Positions 61,196 through 64,000 of a DNA stretch of 64,000 bases are shown here, in pieces. The notes under the pieces were generated by a model. That model saw only the letters and a program-made list of their open reading frames with translations, had not been told where the DNA came from and did no database searches. Each line of letters opens with the position of its first letter. The first letter of the stretch is position 1. This stretch comes from Octopus vulgaris. Lineage: Eukaryota. The stretch covers positions 18,848,001 to 18,912,000 of the forward strand of contig OX597833.1 in NCBI GenBank assembly GCA_951406725.2, read 5' to 3'. Made by a program: the position numbers and the translations under genes.

Positions 61196-63091
61196 AAGCC
61201 TAGAATTGAAATTCCTCACACCTCATAAAGAAGAAAATCTAAAACAAAACAATGAACTATGCTGTAAAAAGTTTGTTTCGGTTATTTTTTTAAAAAATTT
61301 AACATATTAATTTGAAAGAAGAAATTAAAAAAAAAAAAGTGAAACATCTTACTTGTCGTCACAATAAAAACAAACATGACACTCAAATAACTCACGTATG
61401 TCTAAATGCATTTAATCAATAAATGGAATAGATTCAGTTTGAAATACTCTCTCTTTCTCTCTCTGTTACCATACATATCTCTAGACAATTTTTTTTCATG
61501 GTACTTAGGAGAAGAGAGTTTATTTAACGTCTAGCTTAGTAGTGAGCATTAAACAGGAGACATGTTATTTTTATGCAATACCCACTCACCACACAAATGC
61601 ATGTAAAGTATTAATAGTTATAAAAAGAAAAGATACAAGAGAATTAAAAGCAGATCAAAGAGCAAAATTACAGAAAAATACAAAACCAGATTATATCTTC
61701 TGATAATTTACAAATTTAAGTGGCAAAATTACAATATTTTCAATAAATTTTCAATTTTTTTTTACTTAACAAAATACACCAATAGTTTTTCAGCTTTGAG
61801 GCACATATTTCTCACCAAGTCACAAATTCTTATGAAATTTTTAAAAAACCATTATCAAGCTTTCATTATCAGTTTTGGTTTGGGATAAAAAAATAGTAAA
61901 TATCAGTAAATGTTGTTAAATAGTAAAATCAGATAGCAAATTTAGCAGAAAATAAATAAATGTCAAATTTAAGATTATCTTATGCATTTTCTTTTTAACA
62001 TTTTATATAGATGGAAACTTCTTCAAATTGGAAAATTTCAAATATAAAACATCTACGAACTGTTACAAATAAACTGCCAAAACCCATGAAGTATATATGA
62101 GAGAGTTACAAGTCATAATTCCAAACAATAAACAAATGGATAAACTCAAGTCCTATGAATACATACACACATACATACATACATCATCATCATTTAACGT
62201 CCGCTTTCCATGCTGGCATGGGTTGGACGATTTGACAAGAAAAAAGCTACACACACATACCTATGTATGCATATACATACATATATAGATATGTATATAG
62301 GCATGGCCATGCTCTAAGAAGCTCCCTTCTCAATGTCATTTCGGGTTTAATCCCACGGCATGACTCCTTGAGAAAGTGCCTTCTACAATAAGGCCAGCTG
62401 GAGCAAATCCTCGTGAATAGATGAGGCAAACAGAAACTGAAAAGAAGCTTATGGTACACACACACACATCATCATTTTTGTCATCATCCATCATCATCAT
62501 CATCGTTTAACATTTGTCTTCCATACTTAATCGTTTGAAAGGATCCAGGTGAACTGGCAGTCAATCAGCAGTGAACCCCAGTGTCTGCTTTGACCTAGTT
62601 TCTATGGCAGGATTCCTTTCCTAGCACCGACCACTTTACAGAAAGTGTTCTGGGCGCTATTTTTGTGACCCTGGCACTAGTGAGGTCGCAAAGTAACCCA
62701 CGAGACAAAGAACAATAGACAAAATCCCTACAACTGAGTGGGGTTATAGTAAAGAGGGAGTTGGTTTTATGAAAGGTGTTGAGAGGCTTAGCTTAAGCAT
62801 AATAAGCAGACAGGTACAGGTGTTTTGCTTTGGAAGTAATATATGGCTACCTTGGATTATATAGAAGTGTGTGTCTGAGTAGTGAGAAAGAAGATAAAGA
62901 TGTTAGTGATGAAGTATCAGAAATTACTCACAAGGTACAAGAAGGTGAGTATAAAGGAGAATATAGACAGGGGATCAGGTATGGGTGAACAAGTTCATAG
63001 GAGTGAGGGAGGAGAGTGACAAGTGGGGGAAATGCATCTTTCTGAGTCATAGATTCACAGGTCTGGTTTACTGGATTCTCTGGTATATATA

Positions 63092-63311
63092 TTTCTTTAC
63101 TGCCCACAAGGGGCTAAACATAAAGGGGACAGACGAAGGGATTGAGTCGATTATATCGCCCCCAGTGCGAAACTGGTACTTTATTTATCGACCCCAAAAG
63201 GATGAAAGGCAAAGTTGACCTCGGCGGAATTTGAACTCAGAACGTAACGACAGACGAAATACCGCTAAGCATTTTGCCCGGCGCGCTAACGATTCTGCCA
63301 GCTCGCCGCCT
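63092..63311 (-). mobile_element. SINE family C, full length
   Basis: Reverse complement of the family seen at 23733-23960. Confidence 0.88.
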
Positions 63312-63659
63312 TGTTTATACTCTCTTTATACTCTCTGGTATATATACTCTCCCCTGGATGGGATATTAGTCTGTCACAAGATTATTCATTTTTGCCAGCT
63401 GGGTGGACTGGAGCAACATGAAATGAAGTGTTTTGTTCAAGAACACAAAGCATCGCCTGGTCTGGGAACTGAAACCACAATCTCATGACCATGAGTCCAA
63501 CACCCTAGCCACTAAGCCACATGCCTCTGCTTAGTGTGGTGAGAGGTAAATATCAATATATGGGATGGTAAAAGAAATAGCTTATAAAAGGTGATGAGTG
63601 GCAGTACAGGAAGGCTATTCTCCACTGGCTTTTATTCATTCAATGTAGTACTTGCTAAT

Positions 63660-64000
63660 TACATCTAAGAAGCAAAAGCTATCAACTATTTCTAGTGAGC
63701 CATCCAGGCATTTAAGAGAATAAATTTCTGGCGTGCTCATGGTATGAACTGCTCCAGTGCATCTATCACATATGAATCTTATGTTCCCCGTCAGTCTGCC
63801 TGTGTTTCCACTACATAACTTGTGTGTCCATAGCTTACACTGGGTATAGCATATGGACTTTATACTTACACCTTTTATGCATGTTGAGCAAGGCCATTTC
63901 CATGAAGGTACCAGGGTCCTGTCTTCTTTCCTGCTTACTAAAATTTTTATCTTTGCTTAGAGTGCCTAAAGACCTCCTGATTCTAGGTTTAGCTTCCAGA
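63660..64000 (-). mobile_element. RTE-clade LINE fragment running off the window end
   Basis: Similar to 14930-15290 in reverse (NLESGGL..KIKILV). Confidence 0.6.

Overview
Eukaryotic, AT-rich and repeat-dense DNA. The tRNA-derived SINE families, RTE/CR1/Penelope relics and microsatellite load look like an octopus (coleoid cephalopod) genome; this is inference from repeat recognition only. One protein-coding gene can be reconstructed by hand: nuclear poly(A)-binding protein PABPN1/PABP2 on the + strand. It has 7 coding exons from 38326 to 48344, all introns are GT-AG with consistent phases, and the product is 214 aa. It has a CpG-rich promoter and a probable poly(A) signal at 49594. Most of the rest is transposon debris: a complete but dead DD37D (maT) element, Helitrons, MITEs, LINE fragments and dozens of SINEs. 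Nearly all entries in the ORF track are spurious readings of these repeats. Best leads: (1) a HERO-like retrotransposon 3' end followed tail-to-tail by a compact antisense gene of unknown family with its own TATA/Inr promoter and poly(A) signal (53.7-54.7 kb); (2) PABPN1 intron 5, which is free of recognisable transposons and holds A-rich tracts, a candidate poison exon and a 7-nt frameshifting microexon, suggesting autoregulation; (3) an orphan promoter and first exon at about 10.6 kb, with structured RNA candidates downstream. Repeat boundaries are approximate unless termini are quoted.
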